DNA of 64,000 nucleotides from Candidatus Hydrothermarchaeota archaeon (GTDB lineage Archaea; CAYFZR01): contig JBHIEG010000007.1 in NCBI GenBank assembly GCA_046760505.1, positions 1 to 64,000 of the forward strand, in the 5' to 3' direction. The translations under genes and the position numbers were made by a program. The notes beneath the pieces are model-generated. The model was not told the DNA's origin, searched no databases, and saw only the letters and a list, made by a program, of their open reading frames with translations. Every line of letters starts with the position of its first letter. Within the stretch, counting starts at the first letter, position 1. Below are positions 40,826 to 50,775 of this stretch, in pieces.

Positions 40826-41362
40826 ATGGTAAGAAAAAGGTTAGTACAGGTTTACACAGGAAATGGCAAAGGAAAGACAACCGCCAGTTTAGGACTGGCA
40901 ATGCGAGCCGTAGGACATGGATTGAAGGTATACATGATTCAATTCTTAAAGGGAAACGGAAAGAAAGGAAATTTCTACGGAGAACTAAACTTGGCCAAAG
41001 AGATTCCAAATCTAACGATTGTCCAGTTTGGAAGACCTGTTTGGCTCGACAAGCATACAATAGACGAAGAAGACTTAATAAGAGCAAGAAAAGGACTAAT
41101 GCATGCTAAAGAGATTATTTCGAGCAAAGAATACGATATCGTAATACTGGACGAGATAAACGTGGCAATGGATTATGGCCTCATAGACGTAAAGGAAGTA
41201 ATGGATTTAATAAAAAATAAACCTGAAGAGGTAGAAATTGTATTAACTGGAAGGTATGCGCCGGAAGAGATTATAAAAATCGCTGATCTTGTAACAGAAA
41301 TGAGGAATATAAAACATCCGTATGAAAAAGGAATAAAATCTAGAAAGGGCATAGACAGGTGA
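40826..41362 (+). CDS. cobO: Cob(I)alamin adenosyltransferase, CobO/BtuR type
   Basis: [23 protein letters not shown] and KHPY motifs. Confidence 0.9.
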   Translation: MVRKRLVQVYTGNGKGKTTASLGLAMRAVGHGLKVYMIQFLKGNGKKGNFYGELNLAKEIPNLTIVQFGRPVWLDKHTIDEEDLIRARKGLMHAKEIISSKEYDIVILDEINVAMDYGLIDVKEVMDLIKNKPEEVEIVLTGRYAPEEIIKIADLVTEMRNIKHPYEKGIKSRKGIDR

Positions 41363-41366
41363 TAAA

Positions 41367-41777
41367 ATGATAAAAAAAATTCAGCACATAGGTGTTGCTG
41401 TTAAAGACTTAAAGTCTGCGATGGATTTTTATGAAAACGTTTTGGGACTGAAGGTAAAGCATGTAGAGGTCATAGAAGACCAAAAAGTAAAGGTCGCTTT
41501 CATTCCAATTGGAGAGACCAACATAGAATTACTTGAAGCAACTGAAGAGGATAGCCCGGTCGCAAGGCACATAGAAAAGCGAGGTGAAGGATTGCACCAC
41601 ATAGCACTAGCGGTAGACGACATAGAGAAGGTATTGGAAGATGTAAGGAACAAAGGAGTCACACTGATAGATGAAAAGCCAAGAATCGGGGCCCATAATG
41701 ATAAAATAGCATTTCTTCATCCAAAATCTACATACAAAGTTCTTTTAGAACTGGTTGAAGAATTTAAAGAACAATAA
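41367..41777 (+). CDS. mce: Methylmalonyl-CoA epimerase
   Basis: [19 protein letters not shown] and AFLHPK...L.ELVE motifs, plus gene context. Confidence 0.9.
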   Translation: MIKKIQHIGVAVKDLKSAMDFYENVLGLKVKHVEVIEDQKVKVAFIPIGETNIELLEATEEDSPVARHIEKRGEGLHHIALAVDDIEKVLEDVRNKGVTLIDEKPRIGAHNDKIAFLHPKSTYKVLLELVEEFKEQ

Positions 41778-41875
41778 CTAGTTATATTCAAAAAAAGGCG
41801 TAAAAAACTGTTAAATCTTTGAGAAGTAGAAAGAGTTATATTTGCCTCTCATCAAGGTTGAGGTAGGTTGTTGGT

Positions 41876-42706
41876 ATGGCAATTACTAGAGAGGATGTCA
41901 TAGATTCGGTAGAAAAAATATTGAGGGAAGCCGTAATTAAGCTTCCTGAAGACGTTATATTTTGTTTGAAATCCTCGCTGAAAAAGGAACGTAATGAAAG
42001 GGCAAGAGCCACCCTCAACACGATTCTAGAGAATGTAAGGGTAGCAGCGGAAAGAAACATACCAATGTGCCAAGATACAGGAATACCTATATTCTTCGTC
42101 GATCTTGGAAGAGATTTGAACCTAGACTTCGATCTCAAGGAGGCAATAACGGAAGGAGTTAGAAAGGCTACCAAGGAGATACCTCTAAGACCCAATGCGG
42201 TACATCCGCTTACCAGGGAAAACTCAGGAGACAATACAGGTCCTGGAATGCCTGATATCACCTTAGATCTCGTGGAAGGAAGTTCAATGAAGATAACTGT
42301 AGCGCCTAAGGGCGCGGGCTCAGAAAACATGAGTGCTTTAAGAATGCTAAGTCCGGGTCAGGCAAAAGAGGTTGATCGCATAATCGTAGAGACGGTTAAA
42401 AATGCTGGAGGAAGACCTTGTCCACCAGTCATCGTTGGAGTTGGAATTGGAGGATCATTCGATGAATCTGCTAAACTTGCAAAGAAGGCCATACTTAGGG
42501 ATCTTAGAGAGAAGCCAAGTAAGATGGAAAAGGAAGTGCTTGAAAAAATAAATTCTTTGGGAATCGGTCCGATGGGTCTTGGTGGGAATACCACTGCATT
42601 GAAGGTAAACATAGAATTCGCCCACTGTCACACCGCATCTCTTCCCTTGGCGATAAACATTCAATGCTGGGCTGATAGAAAGGCGAGCGTTGTACTGGGT
42701 GGTTGA
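41876..42706 (+). CDS. Fumarate hydratase class I, alpha subunit
   Basis: PMCQDTG, PLRPNAV, KGAGSEN, CPP and CHTASLP...CWA.R motifs. Confidence 0.9.
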   Translation: MAITREDVIDSVEKILREAVIKLPEDVIFCLKSSLKKERNERARATLNTILENVRVAAERNIPMCQDTGIPIFFVDLGRDLNLDFDLKEAITEGVRKATKEIPLRPNAVHPLTRENSGDNTGPGMPDITLDLVEGSSMKITVAPKGAGSENMSALRMLSPGQAKEVDRIIVETVKNAGGRPCPPVIVGVGIGGSFDESAKLAKKAILRDLREKPSKMEKEVLEKINSLGIGPMGLGGNTTALKVNIEFAHCHTASLPLAINIQCWADRKASVVLGG

Positions 42707-42707
42707 G

Positions 42708-43283
42708 ATGGAATATACACTAAATACACCTTTAAGCTTGGAGGATATTTCTCAACTTAAGGCAGGGGACATAGTTTATTTAAACGGCATAGTGCTTACC
42801 GCTAGAGATGAAGCCCATGAAAGAATCTTGAAATACAGAAAAGAAAGTAAGAAACTGCCCTTTGAATTAAATGGCTCCGCTATATACCATTGCGGACCAC
42901 TGATGAAGAAGGAAAATGAAAAATGGAAGGTAGTAGCAGCTGGTCCGACTACTAGCGTGAGGATGAATAAAACTACGCCAGAATTACTCAAGTATTTTGA
43001 AGTTAGAGCATTGATAGGAAAAGGCGGGATGAGCGAGATCACCGAGCATTTAAAGGGAAAATGCGTTTACCTTGCATATACAGGAGGATGTGCTGCCCTC
43101 GCAGCGGATAGAATAAAGGAGACAAAAGATGTATTCTGGCTAGATCTTGGGATGCCAGAGGCGGTATGGGTATTCGAAGTGCAGAACTTCGGACCTTTAA
43201 TAGTAGGGAGCGACGTAGAGGGAAATGATTTATTCAGAGATGTAATGGAAAATGCCACGAAAAAAATGAAAAAACTATTTTAG
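42708..43283 (+). CDS. Fumarate hydratase class I, beta subunit
   Basis: TARDEAH, YHCGP, GPTTS.RM, IGKGGM and DLGMPEA motifs. Confidence 0.9.
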   Translation: MEYTLNTPLSLEDISQLKAGDIVYLNGIVLTARDEAHERILKYRKESKKLPFELNGSAIYHCGPLMKKENEKWKVVAAGPTTSVRMNKTTPELLKYFEVRALIGKGGMSEITEHLKGKCVYLAYTGGCAALAADRIKETKDVFWLDLGMPEAVWVFEVQNFGPLIVGSDVEGNDLFRDVMENATKKMKKLF

Positions 43284-43295
43284 GGAGATGTTAAA

Positions 43296-44981
43296 TTGGA
43301 GGTCCATGAGACAGATGTTCTAATCATAGGAGGTGGCGGTGCTGGCTGCAGGGCCGCCATAGAAGCATCTGAAAAAAATGTTGACGTAATAGTGATGGTG
43401 AAAAGTTTAGTCGGAAAGAGCGGATGCACTCCCATGGCTGAAGGCGGCTATAACGCGGCTTTGGGAAATATACACAAAGAAGATTCCTGGGAAGTTCATT
43501 TTAGAGATACGGTAATAGGGGGAGCCTACTTAAATAATCAAAAACTGGTAGAAATATTGGTTAAGGAGGCTCCAGAGAGGATATACGATCTCGAGAATTA
43601 CGGCGCAGTCTTTGATAGAACAGAGGAAGGATATATAGCACAAAGACCTTTTGGACATCAAACCTATATCAGGACCTGTTATGCCAGCGATAGAACCGGT
43701 CATGAAATGATGATCACTCTTTTAAACGAGATTAGGAGGAGAGACATCACTCTGATAGAAGACCATATGGCTATTGAGCTTCTAAAATACGATAGCAGAG
43801 TTACCGGTGCCATAGCACTCGACATGATAAGCGGAGATCTTGCATTGATAAAGTCTAAAGCCACCATACTTGCTACGGGTGGAGGATCAAGAATATATAA
43901 GATCTCTACGAACTCTCAGCAAACCTGCGGAGATGGCTATGCAATGGCTTATAGAGCGGGAGCAGAGTTAATAGACATGGAACAGGTTCAATTTCACCCT
44001 ACAGGAATGGTATTTCCTGAATCTGCGAAGGGAATTCTGGTAACCGAAGCAGTAAGGGGAGAAGGAGGCATTTTACTAAACAAAGATGGAGAGAGGTTCA
44101 TGTTAAGATATTCCCCTGAGAAAAAAGAACTCGCAGGAAGAGACGTTGTTGCAAGGGCAATAGCCACTGAAATATTAGAGGGAAGAGGTACCAAAGAGGG
44201 TGGCGTTTATCTCGATGTATCTCATCTCGATGAGGAGGTTATTGAAAAGAGACTGGAAACGATGTTTGAGCAGTTCATGTTATTTGGTGTAGACATAAGA
44301 AAGGAGCCAATGCAAGTGGCTCCTACCGCACATCACTTTATGGGAGGAGTTAGAATAGATGAGCAGTGCAGAACCTCTCTTCCCGGCCTATATGCTGCAG
44401 GAGAGACTGCAGGAGGCGTTCATGGAGGTAATCGGCTCGGAGGGAATGCTTTAGCGGATACGCAGGTATTCGGTAAGAGAGCAGGAGAATATGCTGCTGA
44501 ATACGCTAAAAAGACTGGTAAGCCCAAGATAGAGAGACAATTTGTTGAAAAAGTTGAGAAAGGGGTTTACTCGCTATACAACGGAGAGGGAGTTTCTCCA
44601 ATAGAAGCAAAAAAACGTTTGACAGAGATTATGTGGGACAAGGTAGGGATATTTAGAGAAGAAAAAGCCATGAGTGAGGCTCTAAAAGAATTAGAACGAA
44701 TGAAAAAGGAAGATTTGCAAAATTTAAGAGTTAATGAGGGAAAAACTTATAATTTAGAACTGATTGAGGCGCTTCAATTAAGAAATATGGTTACCGTAGC
44801 AGAGATGGTTACCAGATCAGCGCTCTATAGAAAGGAAAGCAGGGGCGCTCATTGCAGACTTGACTTTAAGGAAAAAGATGACAAAAACTGGCTTGTAAAC
44901 GTAATAGTAAAACAAAAAAACGGTAAGATGACGATTTACACAGAGCCAGTTGTTTTTACGATTCTAAGGCCAGGTGGTTGA
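43296..44981 (+). CDS. tfrA: Thiol:fumarate reductase flavoprotein subunit A
   Basis: GGGGAG; SGCTPMAEGG lacks the covalent-FAD His, as in TfrA; QFHPTG, TEAVRGEG, HHFMGG, GGNRLGGN and ESRGAH motifs. Confidence 0.85.
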   Translation: MEVHETDVLIIGGGGAGCRAAIEASEKNVDVIVMVKSLVGKSGCTPMAEGGYNAALGNIHKEDSWEVHFRDTVIGGAYLNNQKLVEILVKEAPERIYDLENYGAVFDRTEEGYIAQRPFGHQTYIRTCYASDRTGHEMMITLLNEIRRRDITLIEDHMAIELLKYDSRVTGAIALDMISGDLALIKSKATILATGGGSRIYKISTNSQQTCGDGYAMAYRAGAELIDMEQVQFHPTGMVFPESAKGILVTEAVRGEGGILLNKDGERFMLRYSPEKKELAGRDVVARAIATEILEGRGTKEGGVYLDVSHLDEEVIEKRLETMFEQFMLFGVDIRKEPMQVAPTAHHFMGGVRIDEQCRTSLPGLYAAGETAGGVHGGNRLGGNALADTQVFGKRAGEYAAEYAKKTGKPKIERQFVEKVEKGVYSLYNGEGVSPIEAKKRLTEIMWDKVGIFREEKAMSEALKELERMKKEDLQNLRVNEGKTYNLELIEALQLRNMVTVAEMVTRSALYRKESRGAHCRLDFKEKDDKNWLVNVIVKQKNGKMTIYTEPVVFTILRPGG

Positions 44982-46509
44982 TTTGGATCTCAAGGTTAGG
45001 GTACTTAGATACGATCCTTTAATGGATGATGAGCCCAGATTTGTCGAATATTCCGTTCCGTATCAGCAGTACATGACTGTTTTAGACGTTTTACAATATA
45101 TTTATGAAAACTACGATTCAACTCTCTCTTTCAAATGGGGGTGCAGAGCAGGTCAGTGTGGATCGTGCACCGTGGTGTATAACGAAAAACCCTCTTTGGC
45201 ATGCAGAACAAAGATCGATCCTGAGCAAGATGTTGAAATAAGCCCTCTACCATATTTTCCGATTGTAAAAGATCTTGTTGTAAATACGGAGAAGATACGT
45301 GAGAAATTGATAAGGGCTTTACCCTTCCTAGAATCAATGAAAAAGATAGAAAGACCTTACAAAGTAAAACAGGAAGAAATAGAATCCATAGTAGATCTCA
45401 GGAAATGCATAGAATGTTATTCATGCGTAGCAACGTGTCCAGTAATAGATCAGGCATGGCAAGATTATGGAAGTCCTTTTGTTATGAGAGAAGTTGGCAG
45501 GTGGGCGTTCGATAAAAGAGATTCATTAGACAGGATAAAAATAGCCATGTTAAACGGGCTCTATAATTGTACCACGTGCGGAAGTTGCAAAGAAGTCTGC
45601 TACAAAAACATTGATATTCCAGAGAAAGCAATAGAAAAACTAAGAAATCTCGCGGTCATAGAGGGATTGGCGCCATTGCCGCCTCATAAGACGTTGATAG
45701 CAAGCATACAAAATTACTGGAATCCATGGCTTCAGCCAAGGGCAGCGAGAGCAAAGTGGGCTAAGAAGATGAAATTGAAAGATGAAGGTGACACTCTATT
45801 TTTCGCGGGATGTTCTCCATCTTTGCTGTTAAAAAATCTTCCCTTATCGAGTATGGAAATACTGAATTCGTTGAACAAAGACGTTGCGTATTTGGGAAGG
45901 AACGAAAGGTGCTGCGGCAGTCCATTGTTAAGACTAGGAGATTTAGAACTTTTTGATGAAATAGGAAGATCGAACATAGAGGAATTCAAAAAAGCAGGAG
46001 CAGAAAGAATCATTGTTACGTGCGCAGGCTGTTACAAAGCCCTTAAAGTCGATTATCCAAATTTCTTCGGTGATTTCGACTTTGAAGTAAAGCACATTTC
46101 CGAAGTAATCGCTGACGAGATAAGAGAAGGCAATGTTGATTTTAAAGAAAAATACGATATGAAAGTTACATATCATGATCCCTGTCATTTAGGCAGGGCA
46201 GGAGGGGTATATGATGCTCCAAGAGAAATTATAAAAGCCATTCCTGGTTTAGAATTGATTGAAATGAACAGGAAAAGGGAAATAAGTGCTTGCTGTGGAA
46301 GCGGAGGAGGTCTAAAGACTTATAAACCAGATCTTGCCATGTCCATAGGCGGTAAAAGAGTCGAAATGGCGAAGAATACTGGAGCAGAGTATATACTGAC
46401 GTGTTGTCCTTGGTGCGAGCAAAATCTTGATGATAGCGCTAAAAAGGCGAATATAGACATGAAAACCATAGACTTGGTTGATATCGTAGTAGAGGTACTT
46501 GAGGTGTAA
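44974..46509 (+). CDS. tfrB: Thiol:fumarate reductase subunit B (SdhB-like 2Fe-2S and 2x4Fe-4S fused to two CCG domains)
   Basis: CRAGQCGSC...LAC, CIECYSC..TCP, CTTCGSC..VC, FAGC, CCG, YHDPCHLGR and CCGSGGG motifs. Confidence 0.85.
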   Translation: MVDLDLKVRVLRYDPLMDDEPRFVEYSVPYQQYMTVLDVLQYIYENYDSTLSFKWGCRAGQCGSCTVVYNEKPSLACRTKIDPEQDVEISPLPYFPIVKDLVVNTEKIREKLIRALPFLESMKKIERPYKVKQEEIESIVDLRKCIECYSCVATCPVIDQAWQDYGSPFVMREVGRWAFDKRDSLDRIKIAMLNGLYNCTTCGSCKEVCYKNIDIPEKAIEKLRNLAVIEGLAPLPPHKTLIASIQNYWNPWLQPRAARAKWAKKMKLKDEGDTLFFAGCSPSLLLKNLPLSSMEILNSLNKDVAYLGRNERCCGSPLLRLGDLELFDEIGRSNIEEFKKAGAERIIVTCAGCYKALKVDYPNFFGDFDFEVKHISEVIADEIREGNVDFKEKYDMKVTYHDPCHLGRAGGVYDAPREIIKAIPGLELIEMNRKREISACCGSGGGLKTYKPDLAMSIGGKRVEMAKNTGAEYILTCCPWCEQNLDDSAKKANIDMKTIDLVDIVVEVLEV

Positions 46510-46511
46510 TT

Positions 46512-46856
46512 ATGACTTTAAATATAGATCCCCTGAAATGTGTTGGATGTGGAGCATGCGAAGTAGCATGTAGTTTTCATAGGGATGAGACCTTTTCAAC
46601 CCTCTCTTCAAGTATAATGTTATATAAAGAGGAGAAGAAAAACTACTTCGGCGTTATGTTAAAGAGAGAAGAAGATCTTGTCCTCGGTAGACCCGAGGGA
46701 CTAGAAATAAAAAGGATAGAAGATATTTCTGAGGAAGCAGGAGAAGAAGCAGCCAGCTCAAAGCCAATATTGTTAAGAGAATCCTGCGATTTATGCGAAG
46801 ACGAAGAACCCTATTGCGTGAGATTTTGCCCTACCAACGCTATAACAGGAGGATAA
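46512..46856 (+). CDS. Small 4Fe-4S ferredoxin-like protein
   Basis: CVGCGACEVAC and CDLC...PYCVRFCPTNAI motifs. Confidence 0.75.
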   Translation: MTLNIDPLKCVGCGACEVACSFHRDETFSTLSSSIMLYKEEKKNYFGVMLKREEDLVLGRPEGLEIKRIEDISEEAGEEAASSKPILLRESCDLCEDEEPYCVRFCPTNAITGG

Positions 46857-46857
46857 A

Positions 46858-48285
46858 ATGACGGAATACTTGTATTCAGGATTAGTATTGATAGTTGATC
46901 TTGAAAAAGAAGAAACAGAAGAAATTGACCTGGAAGATGAATTAATAGAGGAGAAAATAGGTGGTGCAGCGGTAAACATAGCCTTATATGAAGAACACAA
47001 AGAAGATGATCCTATAATACTGGGAACAGGTATTTTTACAAGTACATTGGTTCCGGGCTCCGCCTTAGGAATAATAACTGCCAAGAGCCCGATAAATAAA
47101 AGGGTATGTCACGTTCCAATTACGCTCTTCGCGGGCTGTGATTTAAAACTCAGTGGATTTGACTTCGTTGTAATCAAAGGAAAGGCAGAAACTCCTGTCT
47201 ATCTCTGGCTACGCGATATGATAGCGGATATTCATGACGCGAGTGAGGTTTGGAATAAGGATACATGGGAAACCACTGATTATTTGCGCTCAGAACTAGG
47301 GGAAGAACGTATCCAAGTACTAAATATAGGTACTGCAGGAGAAAACAAGGTTGACATCTCTCAAATCTGCAATAACTACTGGGGATCTGCTGATAGATTT
47401 GGTATTGCCAGTATTTTCGGAGATAAAAATCTGAAAGCCATTGCTATGAGAGGTCTAGGAGAACTAGAGATAAAGGATCCGAAAAGTTTCTTTGATAAAG
47501 CCCTCGAATTACTCGAGGTCGCTAGAAATAGAAAGATCGACGTTTTAGATCTCATGCCAAATGGAAGAGCGGAAATAGAAAATATGCTCCATAGAAGAGT
47601 TTCCTGCTTTAACTGCGGATACGCATGTAATTTATTTTTGAAATTCAGAGAGGACCCTAAGGTAATGGTTTCTTCTCATATAGAAGAACCAGGAATACTT
47701 GTTCAAGATATCTCTCATCTGATCGGTTTCTCCAATTTTAAACTATCGCTGGCAGAGATTATCGAAGTGATAGAAAAGTGCTACAGATTAGGGCTGGATC
47801 CTGTATCAGTAAGTAAAATTGCAAGGGGAGATTCTAAGGAAAAAGTTATGAGAGAAATAGAGGGATTCGCAAGCGGCACTTACGACTTGCCCGAGGCAAG
47901 ATTTGACGGAATAATACCCTATCCAACCATAAAGGACTCGGGCCTTCTCCAAGGATTTGGAATATTCTCAAATTGGATGACTTTACATATCGGAGATGTT
48001 ACAGATATCACCGAGGCAGAAGCTTGGGTATACAGAAATGCCCTCTCCTACATACTCGGAATCTGCCCGATACTCATGTTGGGAGCAAATTTTAACGAAA
48101 AAGATCTTCTTGAGCTAATAAATCTCGGAACGGAATTCGAAATAGACTCAGAGACTCTAAGCGATAAAATAAAAAATATGGTTGGAGATAGCATCAAACT
48201 CGGAGGAGAAGAGAGAGACATCCACAATTCTCTTAAAAGCGGGGATTTCGATTCGAATTTAAAAGATCTCCTAAGAAAATTCTGA
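46858..48285 (+). CDS. Aldehyde:ferredoxin oxidoreductase-like protein, shortened and divergent
   Basis: KSP, LK.SGFD.VVI.GKAE.PVYL, IG.AGEN, KNLKAIA.RG, CFNCGYAC, LGLD and LGIC motifs; 475 aa. Confidence 0.7.
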   Translation: MTEYLYSGLVLIVDLEKEETEEIDLEDELIEEKIGGAAVNIALYEEHKEDDPIILGTGIFTSTLVPGSALGIITAKSPINKRVCHVPITLFAGCDLKLSGFDFVVIKGKAETPVYLWLRDMIADIHDASEVWNKDTWETTDYLRSELGEERIQVLNIGTAGENKVDISQICNNYWGSADRFGIASIFGDKNLKAIAMRGLGELEIKDPKSFFDKALELLEVARNRKIDVLDLMPNGRAEIENMLHRRVSCFNCGYACNLFLKFREDPKVMVSSHIEEPGILVQDISHLIGFSNFKLSLAEIIEVIEKCYRLGLDPVSVSKIARGDSKEKVMREIEGFASGTYDLPEARFDGIIPYPTIKDSGLLQGFGIFSNWMTLHIGDVTDITEAEAWVYRNALSYILGICPILMLGANFNEKDLLELINLGTEFEIDSETLSDKIKNMVGDSIKLGGEERDIHNSLKSGDFDSNLKDLLRKF

Positions 48286-48309
48286 AGATTTCCCCATATT
48301 ATTCCATCA

Positions 48310-49602
48310 TTACTCATCGTTTAATCCCAATGCTTCTGAAACCAATTTTGTTATATCTGATACTTCCATTCTAAGTTTTTTCATTTTAACAGTGTTCTGC
48401 AGGCTTTGATAACAGAATGGGCAGGCAGTAACCAATTCTTCAGCATTGATTTCCCTCGCATCTTCTACCCTACTCTCTGAAAGTCTCTCCGCAAGATGAG
48501 GATTTGCGGGTTTAAGCCCTCCTCCAGCGCCGCAACATCTAGAATACTCTCTATTTCTTTCCATTTCAATTAGTTCGATTCCGGTGATTGATTCCAAAAC
48601 CCTTCGCGGGGGATCATAAACATTCGTATGCCTACCTAAGTGGCATGGATCGTGATAGGTTATCACCTTATTTATAGCCTTTTTAAATTCGAGTTTACCC
48701 TCCTCTATCAACTCGTCTATGAATTCAATGGTATGCATGACCTTGGGTTTCAATTCCCCGAACTTGGGATAGTCTTGGCTCAAGGTCTTGAAGCAGCCTG
48801 CGCAGGATGTAACTATGAGCTCTACTCCTAATTCGTTAAAAGTTTTAAAATTCTCATTGGCTATTTCCTTAAATTTTTTTACCTCTCCAACTCTAAGGAG
48901 AGTGCTTGCACAACATTGCTCCTTTTTACCCAAGATTCCAAAGTCTACGCCTGCTTCATTAAATATTTTTACCGTATTTATTGCTACGTCTTTTATGTGA
49001 GGATCATAGGAAGCAGTGCAGCCAACGAAAAACAGGATTTTTGCATCCTCTTTATTTAAATCTTTAATTTTTAATTCCTTTTCCTTTTTTCTCATTTCTT
49101 TGGTCAAATCCTTAGCCCATTTATCTCTCCTTGCTCTTGGATAAAGCCAAGGATTTCTGTAATTTATGATGCTCTTGACAAAGACATCGTGCTCTTTCAA
49201 AGGACCAAATCCGTTTTCAACTGAAACTTGTCTCGTATCTTCCCAGAGATTTATGGTGTTAATTTTAGCCGGACATACAATGTGGCACTGTCCGCATACC
49301 GTACAGGCGTACAGACCGTTTAGAAATTTTTCTCTCTCTACGTTTTTTCCAATCAGATTGTACAGGACTCTGTAGAATGGGTTGTGTTTCTTTCTTAAAA
49401 TGGTCTTCATCCCGTCTATCTTAAACCTAGGCAATACATTTTCCTCTTTTAATCCATCATACGCTGGACACCAGTTGAGGCACTCTCCGCATCTCGTGCA
49501 AGCCTCGATTTCAATCAACTGCTTTATACTTAGATCTTCCAGAGATAAGTCTTCTATTTCCTTTTCATCCTTTTTTGTCTCTTGCTCTTTCACTTCAGTC
49601 AT
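48310..49602 (-). CDS. HdrD-like Fe-S/CCG oxidoreductase
   Basis: ACTRCGEC..WCP, CTVCGQC..VCP, FVGC, CC, SCAGC, YHDPCHLGR, CCGAGGG and ACPFC motifs. Confidence 0.85.
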   Translation of the reverse strand: MTEVKEQETKKDEKEIEDLSLEDLSIKQLIEIEACTRCGECLNWCPAYDGLKEENVLPRFKIDGMKTILRKKHNPFYRVLYNLIGKNVEREKFLNGLYACTVCGQCHIVCPAKINTINLWEDTRQVSVENGFGPLKEHDVFVKSIINYRNPWLYPRARRDKWAKDLTKEMRKKEKELKIKDLNKEDAKILFFVGCTASYDPHIKDVAINTVKIFNEAGVDFGILGKKEQCCASTLLRVGEVKKFKEIANENFKTFNELGVELIVTSCAGCFKTLSQDYPKFGELKPKVMHTIEFIDELIEEGKLEFKKAINKVITYHDPCHLGRHTNVYDPPRRVLESITGIELIEMERNREYSRCCGAGGGLKPANPHLAERLSESRVEDAREINAEELVTACPFCYQSLQNTVKMKKLRMEVSDITKLVSEALGLNDE

Positions 49603-50414
49603 TCTCTAACCTTTGAGACGGTGTTTAAGAATATGCTTAATGGAGTGGTGAAAACGTGGAAAAACTTGCTGAAGGGGAAGTATGCTATGAAGAGAGAGGA
49701 TAGAAGCGAGTGAGTAATCCATAGATGCTCATGAAATGTGTGTACAGCATTATCACTTATATTCATGAATTTTGAAATAAAATATCCAAAGAATGAATAG
49801 ATTCCTATGGAAGATGGCTCTTTAACTAATCTCACCGCTTCCAGAATGAAGCCCGATAGTACCACTATTAACAAAAAAGTTAATGCGAAGGCATCGTCAA
49901 GATTCGTTGACATCTGCTCACTTTTAAATAAAAATCTCCTTGATAAAGCAATCAGAATTCCGATAAAAATCATAAATCCAAATAATTCAAATAAAAAGTC
50001 ATATACAATCAGGGATTTGCCCTTCAGTTCTACATGGAATAAATCAGTATACGTGCCAACGAGATCCATGATCAAAAAGAGGATGAATCCGACTCCAATG
50101 TTAAAGTGCATAAACCATCTTACCTTACTTAATTTGGTGGTATCTTTCTGTAAAATGGAATCCAGAAAGAGAGTCTTTACAAAAGTTTCAAAGTTGTTCA
50201 GGATTAATTTGATTAACCTCGTTCCATTTGAGAGGAACTTGGATATTATGTTTCTTTCAGATTTATCCGCAGTCAAAAAAATACTGATCCTTATCCACAA
50301 ACCCACGCAAAAAATTAAAAGGCAGGAAAAATGGACTATCCAAAAAAGTGAGATCAATTTAGCGTTGTCTATGGTCTTTATCATTGAAATCAATCTCATG
50401 GGGACTAAAAACAT
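49599..50414 (-). CDS. NarI/HdrE/DsrM-like membrane cytochrome b subunit
   Basis: RWFMH, RRF, SGFILE..R, WITH and YFPFSKFFH motifs; TM helices; overlaps the hdrD-like start. Confidence 0.75.
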   Translation of the reverse strand: MFLVPMRLISMIKTIDNAKLISLFWIVHFSCLLIFCVGLWIRISIFLTADKSERNIISKFLSNGTRLIKLILNNFETFVKTLFLDSILQKDTTKLSKVRWFMHFNIGVGFILFLIMDLVGTYTDLFHVELKGKSLIVYDFLFELFGFMIFIGILIALSRRFLFKSEQMSTNLDDAFALTFLLIVVLSGFILEAVRLVKEPSSIGIYSFFGYFISKFMNISDNAVHTFHEHLWITHSLLSSLFIAYFPFSKFFHVFTTPLSIFLNTVSKVRE

Positions 50415-50775
50415 ACTTCCACCCTTTTGGGAATCTTAAAGGACAACACTATAAAAGCTTTGTGGAGGTATAGTTCCGATCTAGGCAGATAACTCCAATT
50501 TTTGTAACAAAGCTTAGGTTCTGTAATTCTAAAATAAGATACCCGGTTGCAGGCGGCATTTAAAGAAAAAAGTAGCAGGCCATGTTCTTTGAATGACATT
50601 GGTGATAAATTAAAAAAGCCTATGGCTCCTATTTTCACTTCCCATAAACAATAGATAGGAGAGGAAAAAACTGGTAAAAGTTCAGGAATGGATATAGAAG
50701 GTTCAAATGATTTTTAACATAAAGCAATCTTTTTATACTCTCAAATCTACTTTTCAGAAAAACGGAGGTGATGGA

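Noticed and set aside
50405-50638. 77-aa minus-strand ORF upstream of the hdrE-like gene
   Set aside because: No recognisable motif and atypical composition; it cannot be supported as a gene
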